DNA of 64,000 nucleotides, from contig CM052816.1 in the NCBI GenBank assembly GCA_028534125.1, positions 5,830,001 through 5,894,000 on the forward strand. The letters run 5' to 3'. The notes beneath the pieces were generated by a model. The model saw only the letters and a program-made list of their open reading frames with translations, searched no databases and was not told the origin of the DNA. Shown here in pieces: positions 1 to 15,103 of this stretch. Source of the DNA: Lama glama (lineage: Eukaryota). The translations under genes were made by a program, and so were the position numbers. Position 1 is the stretch's first letter; every line of letters starts with the position of its first letter.

Positions 1-1387
1 AACAGGATTCAGTATGTCCAAAATTGGGTAGCAAAAACTCAAAGAAAAAGTCTCAAAGGACATGTGGACTGGAGGGCTGTGAATTCGTTGGGACTTCAAA
101 TCACTTTTGACATCAGTAGGACTTTGTGTCAGTTTAGTCTTCTTTCCTGCCCAGTCTTTCTTTTTCCAGTGATACTTGAGTCATAGCTGGGGATGAGAAA
201 CTTGTGGCAGGGCAGGGGGACTCACATCAAGTTGCAATGAGACTTGTCCATTTCAAGTCCAAAAATATCTACAGAACCAATGGTGATGGGCAAAGATGGT
301 TAAAAGAACAATGCTGGTCCCTTGCTGAAAGACCTTGGAGAATTTTCCCTACACTTCTCTCTTGGCAGCCACTTGTCAGAATTGGTGCTCCTACTTGAAT
401 TTGACAAGGTGACAATATTTGGATAAAGATCTGTAAATCAGCACCCCACGGTGAAGTGGAATCTCTGAATGGGATTTCCTGAGGATTTCGCGTCAGTGGG
501 GCCAGTGCCACTTTGGCATTTGAAGCTCCGAAGTGTGTGATGGATGTATGCTTAGAGCACACAATTTTCAGTAGGATGTCAGATTGGACCCACATACCCA
601 GAAGGTGTGTTGGCAGATCAGTGGCCAGGATACGAGCCAAAAGATCCGGAGAGAGTCCCCAGGGCCCCCAGTCAAGCAGCAGCAGCATCTCTTTATTACA
701 TACGTCAGGTGAGGCCACGCAGAGTTCACTGCAACCAGCACCAGGAGGTCACCCGTGAAGCTGAGAAATTGTTTTGTTAGGAGACTGATTGAGTAAAAAG
801 CCTGAAGCCACAGATGTGGAGGAATTGATTTTCTGAAAGTTTCCCTGTAAACAAAGGATGCTTAAACCCACATTCTAAGAAAGGATTTAGTCATTGGAAG
901 GTAAGTTGCAAAACAGCCCCAGGATCTGAAAACTAAAGCACAACCATTTGCCAGTGGATTTTAAGGTTCCTCTGTTATTTGTGTTTGCTGGCTTATCCAT
1001 TCCATGGGCTTTAACAGCCTGACTCACTCCAACTCCAGGCTGGCATGAAAATCTCTGTGGCCCAAAGAAGGCAGTTAAAGTAGACAAAACAGGGGCTAAA
1101 TGTCCACTACATTCCAGGGGCTACTTCTGGGAATCCCTTGCTATAGGCAAGCGGGTAGCAGACATTGTTTCACTTAAGGCTGACAGCAACCCTGAGAGGT
1201 AACAGGCATTATCCCCATTTGGGGATGATATAACTGAGGTCCGTGGAGACTAACTAACTTGTTTAAGGTCATGTGCCCAGTAAAGGGGAAAGCAGAGACT
1301 TTGTAACCATTCTGCCACATTCTGGTGTTTCTCACCAAAACACTCAGAGCACCATGAACCACACCGTGTGGGGATGGAGAGCGTCAG

Positions 1388-1580
1388 CAGAGCTGCTCAG
1401 TACAACATGCTGTGATGATGGACATGACCTACATCTGTGCTGTCTAGTGTGGCAGCCACCAGACAGACTGGCTGTTGAGCACTTGACAGGTAGCTAGTGC
1501 AACTAAGGGACTGATTCTTAAATTTTAATTATTTACAGTTCAATTTAAATAGCCAGAGGTAACTGTGCTTGACAGTACAG
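1388..1580. mobile_element. MER3-like hAT-Charlie DNA transposon fossil
   Basis: Motifs tgctgtctagtgtggcagccac...tggctgttgagcacttga...gctagtgcaact...aatttaaatagcca resemble the MER3 consensus. Confidence 0.7.
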
Positions 1581-2661
1581 GCATAGAGGACATCAAGTTT
1601 AAAAGATTAAGACCTAATGTTCGATATGCCAGGCCCAGCCCTCAGAATGGCTGCACGTGTTAGATCACTGAATCTTCTCAGTGAGCCTATGAGATCGGCA
1701 TTGTCATGGTGACCCTCATTTAAGGCACAAAGAACCAGATGAACTTGTCCGGAATCACAGACTGGAAAGTGATGATGCCAGGATTCCAGAGCTAACGCTC
1801 TGATCCATGAGACTCTACTAGCTTTATACTCTGTATGTGATGCTTCTTACCTGCTACACCGGCCATCCCATGGAGCTAGGAGTGTAATGAAGATCGGAGA
1901 GCAAAATAGAGGCTGCCATGAGGCAGAACAAGAGAGCCAAGGAAAGACTTCCCTGGGGAGTGGCATTTACTCCGAGTGCTGAAGGCTGAGGAGGAATTGG
2001 CCAGGCACAAGAAGGAGGTGGGTTATAGGGAGTCCTAGGCAGAGGGAACATGCATGAAGGCTGGGAGGTGAGAAAGAACATGGTGTATTCCAGGAAATGA
2101 AAGTTGATCAGAATGAAGAGTGGAGGGAGGAAGGAAGGAAGTGAGTGTCCAAGGGCCAAAGTAAGAGAAATTGGCAGAGGCGGGAGCACACAGAGTCTGG
2201 TAGAATTCTGAGTGTTTTTTCCCGAGGATTTGAATGTCCTAAAATTTTTAATACACATATGCATTAGATATTACATACCTATACACAAACTATTTTTCAC
2301 TCCTACTTCTGTGTGGAGGATGGAATGGATATGGCCAAGGGTGGATTAGAAGACGGTTAACATCATCAGTAACCATCATTCTCAACTTTTTACTTTGGAA
2401 TTCCTCCGGAACAGCACTGGTATTTTGTGCACTTCTATTACTTTATATTTTCAAAGTACTTTCCCATCCCTGGGATCTTTGCAAGCATCCTGAGACAAAG
2501 GTAGAGATTTTTTTTAGTCTCCATTTTGCACATGAGTGAATCGATTCTCAGAGGAGGGAACTGACTTGCCCAGAGTCCCATCTGATTAGTGGCAGAGCTG
2601 AGACTAGAATTCTCATTGCCTCTGTCTCTTCGAAGAGAGCCAGTTCAGGAAGAGGGGCTCA

Positions 2662-2874
<213 letters not shown>

Positions 2875-4049
2875 TCAGAAGTTGCTCTTCATGTTTGTTG
2901 ATTTGTTTTCTGCCGAAGTGAAAACCTGAAACCTGAGAATGTTACACGTGATGAGGTCTTGGAGTAGCATCAATACTAAACACCTCTCTCCTCCCTTGCC
3001 TGTAGTGGGTATCACTATTACAGCACAGTCCTCTTTCCAACTAAACTGAGATTCATCCTGAAAACTTTTGTGCCCATTGCTTTAGGTGAATAGTAACAGT
3101 GGATCAAAGTAAGTCCTAATAGGAAATCTCTGTGCCATCTCCTATCATGACCACCACCATGAGCACCACTGCCCCTCAGACACACATCTTCAGGTGTGGA
3201 AACTGAAGGAGGCCCCCTGAGGAAGGGACTGGTGTGCTATCCCTAGTAAGTCAGAAGGCCCAGGAGCAGAAGCTGGCCTTGTGATGCCTTGGGCTATGCC
3301 TCAGTATGGTTTCTTAATTCCTTTGAGAGGCCAGGAAATACGTTACTTGGCAATCTAAAGGCCTAGAATTGGGAGACCTGGATTTTACCCCCAGCTTTCC
3401 TCTCAAAAGCCAAGTGACTTTGGATGATTCACCTCTCTAAGCCTCTAGTTTCCAAAACTCCTGCTGCATCTACCTTAAAGGACACAGCAAATGTGAAAGT
3501 GCTGTACAAACTTTAAAGCACTTGATGAGACCCTTTATGATAAGACCAGAGCATGTGGGGCATTAAACAGGTCTCAGCTGACTGAAACAAGATTTGTATT
3601 GGAACCCCCCAAATACAACACATGGGATTTCTTCTCCACAAATGAGTCAGATTAAACTTCCATGGCTTCCTATCTTCAGGCTCATAGTAAAGGCCAAGTG
3701 GTCAACATGGCAGATCCAAGACTTTGAGGACCAAGCCTGCGGCTCTGGAAGTGACCAATAAAATTGGTCCACCCTCAAGTTGGGGATGAGTCTGACTGTG
3801 TATCATCGGCTCAGGTACAAGAAATCACATTCTCCAATGCTGTCCCGCCATGTGTCCTCAGATCAGTCTGGCCTAAGGCCAGTGAGATGAGTCTCTACCT
3901 ATAACCAATGTAAACAGGGCCTTGTAACCAAGCGTTATTTCCCCCTCTTCAAATAGCTTAAAAGGAAGCCTTAAAGGGCTTTATGATGTTCTGATAGTGA
4001 CCAGCCCCTCTGCCTTAAGAAGGTATAAGAATAGCTGGGGTGTATGCAG

Positions 4050-4172
4050 TAGAGAGAGAGGGAGGAAGGAAGGAAGGTGGGGAGGAAGGAAAGAAGGGAG
4101 GAAGGGAGGAAGGGAGAGAGGAAGGAAGGAAGGAAGGAAAGGAAGGGAGGGAGGAAGGAAGGAAGGAAGGAT
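4050..4172. repeat. (GGAA)n/(GGGA)n purine-rich microsatellite
   Basis: About 120 nt almost entirely G/A. Confidence 0.95.
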
Positions 4173-6827
4173 GGATGAGTGTGTCTCTCAGGCTGACCCT
4201 CCCATCACCTTCTGGTTGGAAGTCTCAGTGGGGAGGCCATGACAGGCCCAGAGCACACAACAAATTCTACAACAAGTCTTCACTCTGTCAGAGGAAATAT
4301 GGAGAAATTCTTGCTCTGGATAAGTCCAGGCTGGTTTTCCTTTTCAGAGAGAAAACAAAGCCGAGGTCCTGCTACAAAGAATTAGAAGAGAGCAATTCTG
4401 ATCTATCAGCAACTTCACTTTCCTCTCTTCTTGGTCATTTCTCACCCACCTCTTGTTTCACATTCATTCAGGTTCAAGATAGGTTTGCTAAGTAGCAGCT
4501 AATGTGACTCATTTGGAAAAACAGATTGGGATACATGTACAGATGACTGGGTGGTGGACTGATCCGCCCAACCAGAAGTGTCATTGATGATTCAAATGAT
4601 TCTACTTTTTGGTTCTTATCTCAAATATCATACTAATTATCATCATGTCATATTGATATGGCAAGTTGGATAATGTCTCTATGACTCAGTTTCCTCATTT
4701 GATTAATGGGACCAATTAGAGTTAGTTATGTCTTAAGGTTGTTTTAAGGATTAAATGAGATATGTTTTGATCAATGCTTGCCTCATGGTGAGTTTTCAAC
4801 AAAGGCCAGCTGTTATTTTTATTGTTACTAATTAGTGTTATTAATACTACCATCATTTTCCAAGTGTTTCATGTTCATGAAGCATTTTCACATATATTAC
4901 TTCATCTCCAGTCATAGGAACCTCCTGAGATAGGCTGTTTAGAGATTAGGATCTTCACTTACATGGGAGAAAACCATAAGTAGGAGGTAAAGTGATTTGC
5001 TCAAGACTTAGGACTTACATGGCTCTGAGGGAGGCCTAAAATCAAGAGCTTCTGATATATTCTGGTTTCTTCACTTAATATACCAAGTGGCCTCTTAGAG
5101 GACAATGCTCCTGTCCTAGGCTCTAAGGGAAGATATAGAAATGAGCAAAGCCATGTGTTCTACATGGCTACTAGTGCTACCCACTACTCTAGCTGGGCAT
5201 TTTCCAGGCCACGCTGTGTTAATTCCTAAGTATGTGGCCATGTACAAGTCGCCATGCCTATCTGCTTCTCGGTTTCCTCTTCAAGGAACTGACATGCTTA
5301 GCATATTGTCTGGGTCATAAATGTTCAGTGGAGAGTATCTGTTATTTAAGTAATGATGTTGATATTGATGATGATGGTAACGATGATGATTACTACTACT
5401 GCCACTGTGACGTGTACAGTGGGTAAAAGGGATGGAAACGAAGAAGATCTAACATTGAGGCCTTGGGTCTGCGAAGTTGTTGTCTCAGAGAAGGGGACTC
5501 TTTCAGCAGTACTAAGGGTCTTATCACTGTTACTTTTGCATGCCTTTCTCAGTTTCCAAAAAAAAATCAGCAGCAGCAAAGGGCCCCTTGCATTGTCACA
5601 ATGTTTGATGTTCACAGGAACCCAGTGAGGAGCAAAAGCAGAGATTATCTTGCTCCTTTTACGATAGGCTTATTGAGACTCAGAGTTATGGCACTTGGGT
5701 TCAGGATTCACAGGAAGTCATGAGAGGCTTGAAGTAGCTGAAAGCTCTTACAGTCTAGTTGGAGAAGCCAAGACTTACACACACTGAAATAAATAAAGTT
5801 GGGAAAGAAGATGTCCCAGAACTACTTTTCTATGATTGCAGAGCAAGGAGAGGTCAAGAGAATGGATTAGCTCCAAACCATTTATGAGGACAGTCAAGTC
5901 TCACAGGCAGAGGAGTAAGCTTCTCAGAAACATATGCTTTGGACAGATCAGAAAATTGCTGTCTTTCCATGAGGACTGAGTCCTCATTCCTCAGCCCCAC
6001 CCCCATGCTGAGGCAGCTGGGGTCAGACTGAGGGAGACCTGGAATTCCCCTTTAGTCCCTGCCTCCTGGAACTCCCATCACTGTCCTGGCACCTGCCGAC
6101 TCCCTCTGTAGAAGATGGAGCATTAACCTTGGATTTCCTGTAAATGGTACTGGGTGCCAGCCACCCATGAGAGGCTGAAGCATTTTCCTTTTTGCTTGGT
6201 TCTGGGGAAGCTCTGGTTGGTGTTTCTAGTACTTGAGCCATCAACACTGACAACTCCTCCAGCCCCATCCCCAGCGGAGGCAGCAGAGATCTCTGGACCA
6301 GAGCTTCTACAACCTCTTTGTGGCTCCCTTGACATGGGAAATCAGAACCTGTGGACTAGGTCCCGGTGAAACACATTCTGGTTATTTTAGCCAGGGCAAG
6401 TCTTAGGACCACTCTGAACTTCCACTTTCCCCTTGGACAATGGGATGAATAATCCTGGCTCTAACTATCTCATGCAGTTGCCTTGAGGTTCAAAGAAGCT
6501 TATATATCGTCCTTTTCAAAAACATTTTTTTTGAGCCTTGTGACAAACCAGTGAGGGAGGCAGTGCTAAGAGGATTATATCCATTTAGGAGATGAGGAAA
6601 TTAATGCCAGAGAAATTGACTAATTAACCCAGGATCCCCTAGATAGTGCCTGGTGGAGCCATGGTGAGAACCCAGCTCTTCTCTTCCTAACTCCCTATCA
6701 GCTAAGCCCGATGCCCACAAGTCCTCACTGGCACCCTCGCTCTAGTCTCCTGCTGGGTGTCGTTTACATCATCACCCAGACCCTCCAAAACCTGAATCCC
6801 TCTTTGTTCAAATTCACCCTTCTTTTA

Positions 6828-6962
6828 AGGTGTAACATGACCATCCATCTCAGTTTGCTTGGGATCGTTCCAGGGTACATCTCTTATCTAGAATAATTGG
6901 TACTAGCTCTTGCTTTCACTCTCAAGTGTCCCAGTTTGGATGATAAATTATATGGTCACCGT
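6828..6962. mobile_element. MER94-like hAT-Blackjack MITE
   Basis: ctttcactctcaagtgtcccagtttggatgataaattatatggtcacc is the reverse complement of the MER94 terminus; length about 135 bp. Confidence 0.7.
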
Positions 6963-6986
6963 TTTTTAAAGCCCCAGTCTCATTGC

Positions 6987-7028
6987 TATAGGAGGCCTGG
7001 CCAGCATTATAGGAGGCCTGGCCAGCAT
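6987..7028. repeat. Perfect 21-bp tandem duplication
   Basis: tataggaggcctggccagcat x2 (6987-7007, 7008-7028). Confidence 0.95.
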
Positions 7029-10000
7029 CCATGTTCCCGAGTCATGGCCTTCTGCTCTGACTGTCCGTAGCACCGAGAGCCTGGCTATGTTAGTTATCCA
7101 TTAATCCATGCCTCTATAGCTATTATTTTTCAGGAGCTTGTCTCCCCTCCATAACTGGGTCTTGAGTCCCAAAAGCCAGGGGCTATGTCTTACACTCCTA
7201 TTGCTCACCCCACCCCAGCCCTCATCTATCAAAGTGCTGGGTAAAGCTTCATTTCGCTATCTGTGATCACTGCCTGCCAACCTGCAAGCACAAAGCCTAA
7301 GAGGGCGGATCGGTCTTTAGGGCAGATAATCTTCATCTGAGGTCCAGGTTGGGCTTCCAAAAGTGTCTATGGTCCCCCTAACTCCTGGTAATACAAAAAT
7401 ATATGTATGTATTTGTATGCATTTTTCTGGGATAGAGTTCAAAGCTTTTTTTTTTTTAAAAAAGTCACATTGTCAAAGGGCTTATGACCTCCAAATACTA
7501 AGAGCCTGACTTGGGGAGCTGAATCTTTTCTGCTAGCCAGAAGCCGACACTGCACACCCTAATGCTTCCTCCTTCTGGGGGCACTGAGGGCTTCCAGGAT
7601 GTGGGCTCATTAATATTCTGAACAGCTCCCTGGATGTCAGGCAAGGACAGGCAGGCAGCTATCTTCACTCTGCTGCTGGGGAAATTACAGCAGGGGGAGC
7701 AGGGTGGGGAGTTGCACAGATGTTACCCGAGGCCATGTGCCATTGCTGGCTGGGCCACAGCTCTTGTATCTCACCTGGGCTGGGCCTTCAAGGCTTCAGA
7801 GCGGAGCAGTTACATATACAGAGTGAGGTAGCAAGTAGATGTGGGTTGGAGTCCCAGCTTTACCACTAACTAGCTGTATAATTTCAGGAAATTTTTAAAA
7901 CATCTCTGAATCTCAGTTTCTGCATTTATAAAGCACAATTAATAAAACCAGCTACCTTAGAGTGTTATACTGAGGATTCAACAAGATCAGACATGTAAAA
8001 TATGTTCAGAACCTTGTGCAGAGGGAGCCCTGAGTATATCATAACTGGTATTACCATTATTTTTAGAATAATGTGCTTATTCTTCCTGGCCTAACTCACA
8101 GACATCCCAGCTCTAACACAAGCAGAACCACAGGTCCCTCCCACTGTGTGGCCTAGAGGCCGGTGGTTAGAACAGAAGAGATTTGAGCCTCCAACCTTGG
8201 GTTCCAAGGACCGAATGTCTTTGGGTCTTACCCAGTCTACTGTGGGCACACAGTTGCTCCCTAATGGCATGGCTATTTTAAGAGAGGGGTTTAGTGGGTG
8301 AAATACCTAGACAATGGTCATAACTGTGTGTGGAAACCCTGGAGCTCAGGGCATACAAGCCAAGGTCCCTCAGGCCATAGGACAGGCCTGGGGCGGGAGG
8401 AGGAGCCCAGGATGGGGATCTGCTGCTAAGTTGCTGTGTGACCCTGGGTGAGTCACTGCCCACTCTGGGTTGGCTGCTTCATCTATAATGTAAAGGAAGG
8501 TGGGAGATGTAATCTCTCAGGTCTCTTCTAGCAATACATTTTTGTGATTCTAGGTGATTAACAAAAATTTGAAAGTTATCAGTTTGAATAGCTGATCTTA
8601 GGATCAGAATGTTGGTTTTACTTTTTGGCTTGTTTTGTGGCTAGTTCTCCCCACCTGACACCCACCCCCAGTAGAGACTGAAGGGAGTTTCTTGAGGGCC
8701 AGTCTTGCCTTGTCTTACTGTCCCCAGAGCTCGGCCCCAGGCCAGAGCATGCAGTAGGCCCTCAGGAGCAGCTGACCGGCTGCTGGAGAGGCAGGCACAC
8801 ACGCATCTTGACTCAACACAATATAGAGGAGGTCATTTTTTTAACTAAGGCAACTGCTTCCTCACAAACCCCACTAAAGGCAGAGCAGAAGAATGAGCAT
8901 CTTACAACCAGAAAGATGTAGGTTAGGCAACAAGATTAAATAAATTAGATGCTCAGAGTTCTTAGAGCCTGTTGAGTCCTGGGAGTCATCTCTCCAGCCT
9001 CCTTATTGTCATGGATGAGGAAAGGGGAGGGTGCAGGAGATCTGAACGAGTACTCCATGGTCATCCAGAGACCAGGCGGCCCAGCTGGACGTGGACCCCA
9101 GCTCTCCAGTTTCCTCGTTCAGAGCCCTTCCTGCCACCCATGTCGTCTCCTGGCTTCATCACCGCCACGATGGTACCAGAGTATCCTTCCAGGGATGTCC
9201 TTAAGATGGGAGAGGCTAGGGAGCTGGAAGGGCTGTGAAGCTGAGGGCAAGTCCCTGGGACCTTCGGAAACCAGTTTCACATTGCAAACAGAATTTGTCT
9301 CGACTGTGGAGTCTGGAAGAGCATTTTAAATGAGCCAGAAGGCGGGCACTGCACCTCCAGGCCGTCATTTAGAAGTGATTCAGGCCCCCACCCTGTGCAG
9401 AGACGGGGGGAGGGCAGAAAGGGCTGCAGGTGGACCTCCTGTAGTAACAGGAGCTTTGCTTCATCCCAAAGGACAGAAGTACATATTCTCCTCCACGTAA
9501 AGGCACTTCGTTTGAGCTGGAGAACAGCTGTTGATGTTCCCTTTTTTAGTCTCTTTCTGCAGGTTGTGAATTGCTAGGGCTGTGCACGTGTGGTTGGCAA
9601 ACAAATGGGAAGAGTTGCACATTTTACTCTACATTTCTCCTTCATTCAGAAACGCTCCTCTCCTCCCCTGGGAGTCCAAGTTCACTTTCTGCTGAATATA
9701 GTTTTAAAAGTAGAGCTGGCCTTATCTAGACAACTCTTAGATGGGGTGGGAAGGTCCTAAAGGGCATTTACACCAAAATAATTTGCTATTGCTGGCTTGC
9801 CACTGTGTCTGATACTTTGACATTCCTTGGCAGTGAGCACTGCCCTCTATGCACAGCCTGGGCTTGAGGTGCTTCTAGAAACTTCTAGAGACTTCTAGGA
9901 GCTCAAAGAGTAATAAAGCTGGGGGCAATCCCCCAGAATCTTCTAAACCACGAACGATAAACAGATGGCCCATGTGGACCTCTGTCTCATCCTGCTTCCA

Positions 10001-10561
10001 CTGCAGACATAATCACCAACTGAGTATTTATACTCCTCCTGTTGAATCTGGATTCAGCCCCAGAATCCTTTGCATAGCCGATTGATTGGGGTGGGGCCTG
10101 ACCATTTTCTATCCCTGTTCTTTACCTGTTCTTAAGTGCAAACAAAATTGATGATTGCAATGCTGAGAAACAAGAAAATAAAGTCAGAGGTACTTAGAAA
10201 CATTTTCAGGGTCCTGTCATAAAGTGTGTGCAGAGGACAAAGGTAATGAAGAAACTCAGAAAATCAGGGCAAGAGGGAGAATCCCTGAGAGACTGCTAAA
10301 ATGATTCATTTTCATCTTTGTGTCTCTCAAGTCCCCTTTTTAAATACAGAATCACTGGCTTCCTCTTTTTAGCATAATCTCTAGGCAGAAAATAGAGCTT
10401 TTGTGCTATTAGGAGTAACTATTCCATACTATTGGGTTTTTGTTTGTTTGTTCGTTTGTTTTTGATTTTCAAACTTCTACATGAACTTCCATGGATGCCA
10501 AGAGCCACAAACACAATGTGGTGGCGATCCAAACTTCAGGCACGCTCTACATTTTCTTTTA

Positions 10562-11062
<501 letters not shown>

Positions 11063-12214
11063 TCAGCTGTGACTTTCAGAGAGAATTCTAGAATTTTGTG
11101 TTCAATCTTGCCATTTTATAATGTTGGTTCAACTGGAAAAGGAATGCATAGATTAAATACAACACAGCTGTATCTGTCTGATACAGTCCATGGAGAACCA
11201 ATTGATTTTCTCTGTGTTAACAGTCATCATTTGGGTACCAAGAGGCACTGTTTACTCTATCCCTGGTGACAGTAAAAGGAAAAACAATAATCCAAGAAGG
11301 GTAAACCCTTAATGATTTCCACTTGTGGCTCACTTGAGTGACGGGTTTATATTCCGCAAACTTTCCCTTTGTGCTTCTTCATGATGACCCTCAGTTTTCC
11401 TCCCCACTCACCTAAAGTGGGGCTCTAATGTTGATGAAACAAGAGCAGGATAACAACCTAGAACAGCATTTGCTGGCTTTGGAACTCATGTCCGTCTTAT
11501 TCATGAATTTGTCCCCAATGCCTTGCTTAATCGCTGGCACACTCTAAGCTCACAGTAGAGAACTGTAGAATTAAGATATATTTTTCCAATTTTTGACTTT
11601 GATTCTCTTGCTTTTAAAAAGTATGTATATTAGATTTGTTTACTTTTATAACCTGCTCTAATCTTTTGGAAACTGGGTGGGATAGTCACACATTAATGAA
11701 TTAACTGCTATGTGGTTTGCTCATTGCTTTAAAACACACTTGTGGTTTCGTTTGCTTAAGCGCATGTTGAAGCAAATCTTTATTTCTGAATGGCTAAATC
11801 AGTTGGAGCAAAAGTGGGATAAGCACCTCAGTTAAGTGGCCTGCCATTTACAAAAAGAAACTGATGGAGTGGCAAGAGAAAGTTACCCAGCGTTCAGTTT
11901 GTCCCAGATAAACAAATTTAGCCTCAGAGTCCTTCTCAACACAGCATTGCACACAGCCACTGCCAAGCTATTGGATTTGACCTGGGAAAGAAAATTTATC
12001 CACTATCCTTATTCTAAACTGTTATCACATAGCAAACAGATTTTGTCTGCAGGATTCAAAGCTGAATTGCTGGAGAGTGAAAGGCAGGTAGCCTGCATGA
12101 TAATTGGGGGTTGACTCTGACGCAGTGAGGTGCTGAATGGTGCTTACTTAGATTTCCTGAATTTTCAGTCAGATACATGGCCAACCAGAATAAGGGCCAG
12201 CTTACTGCATTAAT

Positions 12215-12690
12215 ATAGGAGGCAGTCCATGAAGAAATAAATGCTAAATAGCATCTCCCTGGAATTGTGCGACATGGTGGTCCTGCCCAGAATAGAGATA
12301 CCATTTTTCACCTTCCCCTGTAGCTAGCTGGAGTAAGTGTCTAAGATGCAGCCAGTGGCATGTGCGTACGAGATCTGCGTGTGATTCCTGGAAAGAGTTT
12401 TAAAGGAAGCAGCTTTGCCTTTTATTTTCCTTTTTCCCTTTCTACTGGGTAGCATATCGAGGTGATTGCTGGAGCTTTTACAACCGTTTAGGGCTATACG
12501 GTAGCAGCCCTATGCTGAGGATAGCAGAACAAGAAGACAGAAGATGCTCAGTGTTTGATGATTGTGGAACCATTATACAAGCCCTGGATTGCTGATTTCT
12601 GAATTTTGTTTATATGAAAGAAAAACAAAATGTCTGTCTTATTGAAATTGTCATCATTCTGGATTGCCTGCCCTTGGCAGGTACCCTCAA
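12215..12690 (+). mobile_element. MLT1 (MLT1J-like) MaLR solo LTR, old
   Basis: Motifs gattgctggagct...atgctgaggatagcagaacaagaagacagaag...agccctggattg...gaaagaaaaacaaa are typical of MLT1J. Confidence 0.6.
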
Positions 12691-12753
12691 ACTTTATGGA
12701 CATATTTTCCTTAGCTTGTTTGTCTTAGAATGCACATCCCTTTCTAAAGGCTA

Positions 12754-13179
<426 letters not shown>

Positions 13180-13924
13180 TTAGAGCGTTTGCTCAGGGCC
13201 CAGCCGTGCCTGGGTTGAAGTGCTGGCTCTGCTACTCACAGCTGTTGGACCAGGTTCCCTGATGGTTTCTTGTCAGAATAACAGAGGAGGCTGGGGAGAA
13301 AAGCAGTGAGATGATGGACATCAAGTGTGTGGTGCAGACCAAGTGATCAGCGTACATGTGGGGTGATTATGACCACACAGATTTGCAACAGAATAAAAAA
13401 CACAAGGAAGGCATTGTCTCCTCTACCACCACCGCTCCCCTTCCTTCAGAGAGGAGAGGAGTCTGAAGTCTATCTGGGGGAGTGCCTACGGGCTCCCCAA
13501 GGTAACCAGCGAGTCTGTGAAAAAGGCTGGCATCTGATCATCCCTCACCCCGTTCTCTTCCCTGTGCCACAGACGAGGTTTTCTCTACCCAGTGAGGCTT
13601 GATCAATTCTGATATCCACAAAGGATATTTTATTGGGAATGAAAATCCTCCCCATTTGGTGACGTTTATTCAAACTCAGGAAGTCTTCCACTTAAAAAGA
13701 AATCCTTGTATTTGTATAATATATTCTATAGAATACAGTACTTTGAAACTCATGACCTCATTTGGCTTTATGCCTTTAATAAGATAGAAATTACATGTCT
13801 TTTTGCCAGATAAAGAAACAGACAGTGGGAGAATCTACTTCACAAAGTCATTCAGTGATTTAGTGGCAGAAAGGGGATCTGAACTAAGGTCTTGTGAAGG
13901 TCTTCGCTCACTTACTCACCTGTT

Positions 13925-14640
13925 ACTCAGCAAACATTTCTGAGAACCTACAGTGGACTATTCTTATAGTAAAACAAGTTCCTTCTCTTACAAAGCTTAC
14001 TTTCTAGTGGGGAAGATAGACCATAAGCAAAGAATTAGGTATAAAATAAGCTACAAGGATATATTGTACAATGCAGGGAGTATAGAAAACATTCTACAGT
14101 AACTGTAAATGGAGTATAACCTTTAAAATTAGGAATTACTATATTGCACACCTGTAACACATAATATTGTACATCAACTATACTTCAATAAAAAGTAAAT
14201 ACTTAGCAAGTGTGTAGAGCATAGCTCAGTACAGCACGCTGTGCAGTAGCTACCAGTCCTGTGAAGGAAGGTAAAGTGGGGAAAGAGGGTGGGGAGAGGA
14301 GGTGGGTGCTGTGCCCTGGAAGGCATGACCCAGGTGTGCCTCCCTGAGGAGGTGGTGCTGGCACAGGGACCTGAGCGCCGAGAAGCCGCGTGAGTCAGTC
14401 TGGGGAAATCTGGGGAAGAGCATTCTGAGCAGAGGCCCGGAGGTGGGAGGACGCTTAGCATGTTCCAGAAACAGCAAGAAGGCCAGTGTGACTGTAGCAC
14501 CCTGAGGGAGGGAGACAGGGTGGGAAATGCAGTCAGCGGCAGCCCAAAGCTGGATCACATAAAGCCTTGTGACAACCTGGGGTTCTTTTTAGGTGGAGTC
14601 GGGGGCCTGCTGCAGGAATTTGAGGAGGGATCATAAAGGC
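13925..14640 (-). mobile_element. L2 (L2a-like) LINE fragment interrupted by a younger L1 3' end
   Basis: cagcaaacatttctgagaaccta...agcttactttctagtggggaaga and gggaagagcattc...agcaagaaggccagtgtgactg are L2 antisense motifs. Confidence 0.65.
14035..14194 (+). mobile_element. L1 3'-terminal fragment
   Basis: caaggatatattgtaca...gtaactgtaaatggagtataacctttaaaa...tattgtacatcaactatacttcaataaaaa is an L1 3'UTR end with a short A tail. Confidence 0.8.
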
Positions 14641-15103
14641 ATTGCGCTTTCAGCTCCATGGCTTCGGGGAAACTGCCAAATCCCAAAGAAGGAAATGGAG
14701 GAATGAGCAGGGGTGGGAGTTTGATGGACTGAGGGTGGGGAGAGCCATGGACTGGCAGACGAGAGCCCCGAGTGCTAGTCTCAGCTTGCCTGGGGCTCCT
14801 GTGAGACTGTCCACGTCTTTTAATTTCTCACTGTCTTGATCTGGTTTCCTTATCTAAAAGATATAGTCATCTACCACTTCAGGACTGAAAGACACTCCCC
14901 CTATGCCTCTAAAGTTCTGCGACTCCTTTCTATTTCTATTTTATAAACAAACTGAGCTCAGTTCCCTTCAGAGCCTATGCCCAGCTGGTCTCTCTGCCTG
15001 GAGGTGTGCTCTCCCTGGCCAGCTCCTTTCCACTTTTTGGATCTCAGCTGAAATGCAGTCTCATCAGAGAGGTCTGTCCTGACCCAATTCTCAGTCTGGC
15101 CCC

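Noticed and set aside
3997..4495. G/R/E/K-rich ORFs
   Set aside because: Translations of the (GGAA)n microsatellite.
9871..9900. Three 10-bp CTTCTAG-containing units
   Set aside because: Short degenerate slippage repeat with no other support.
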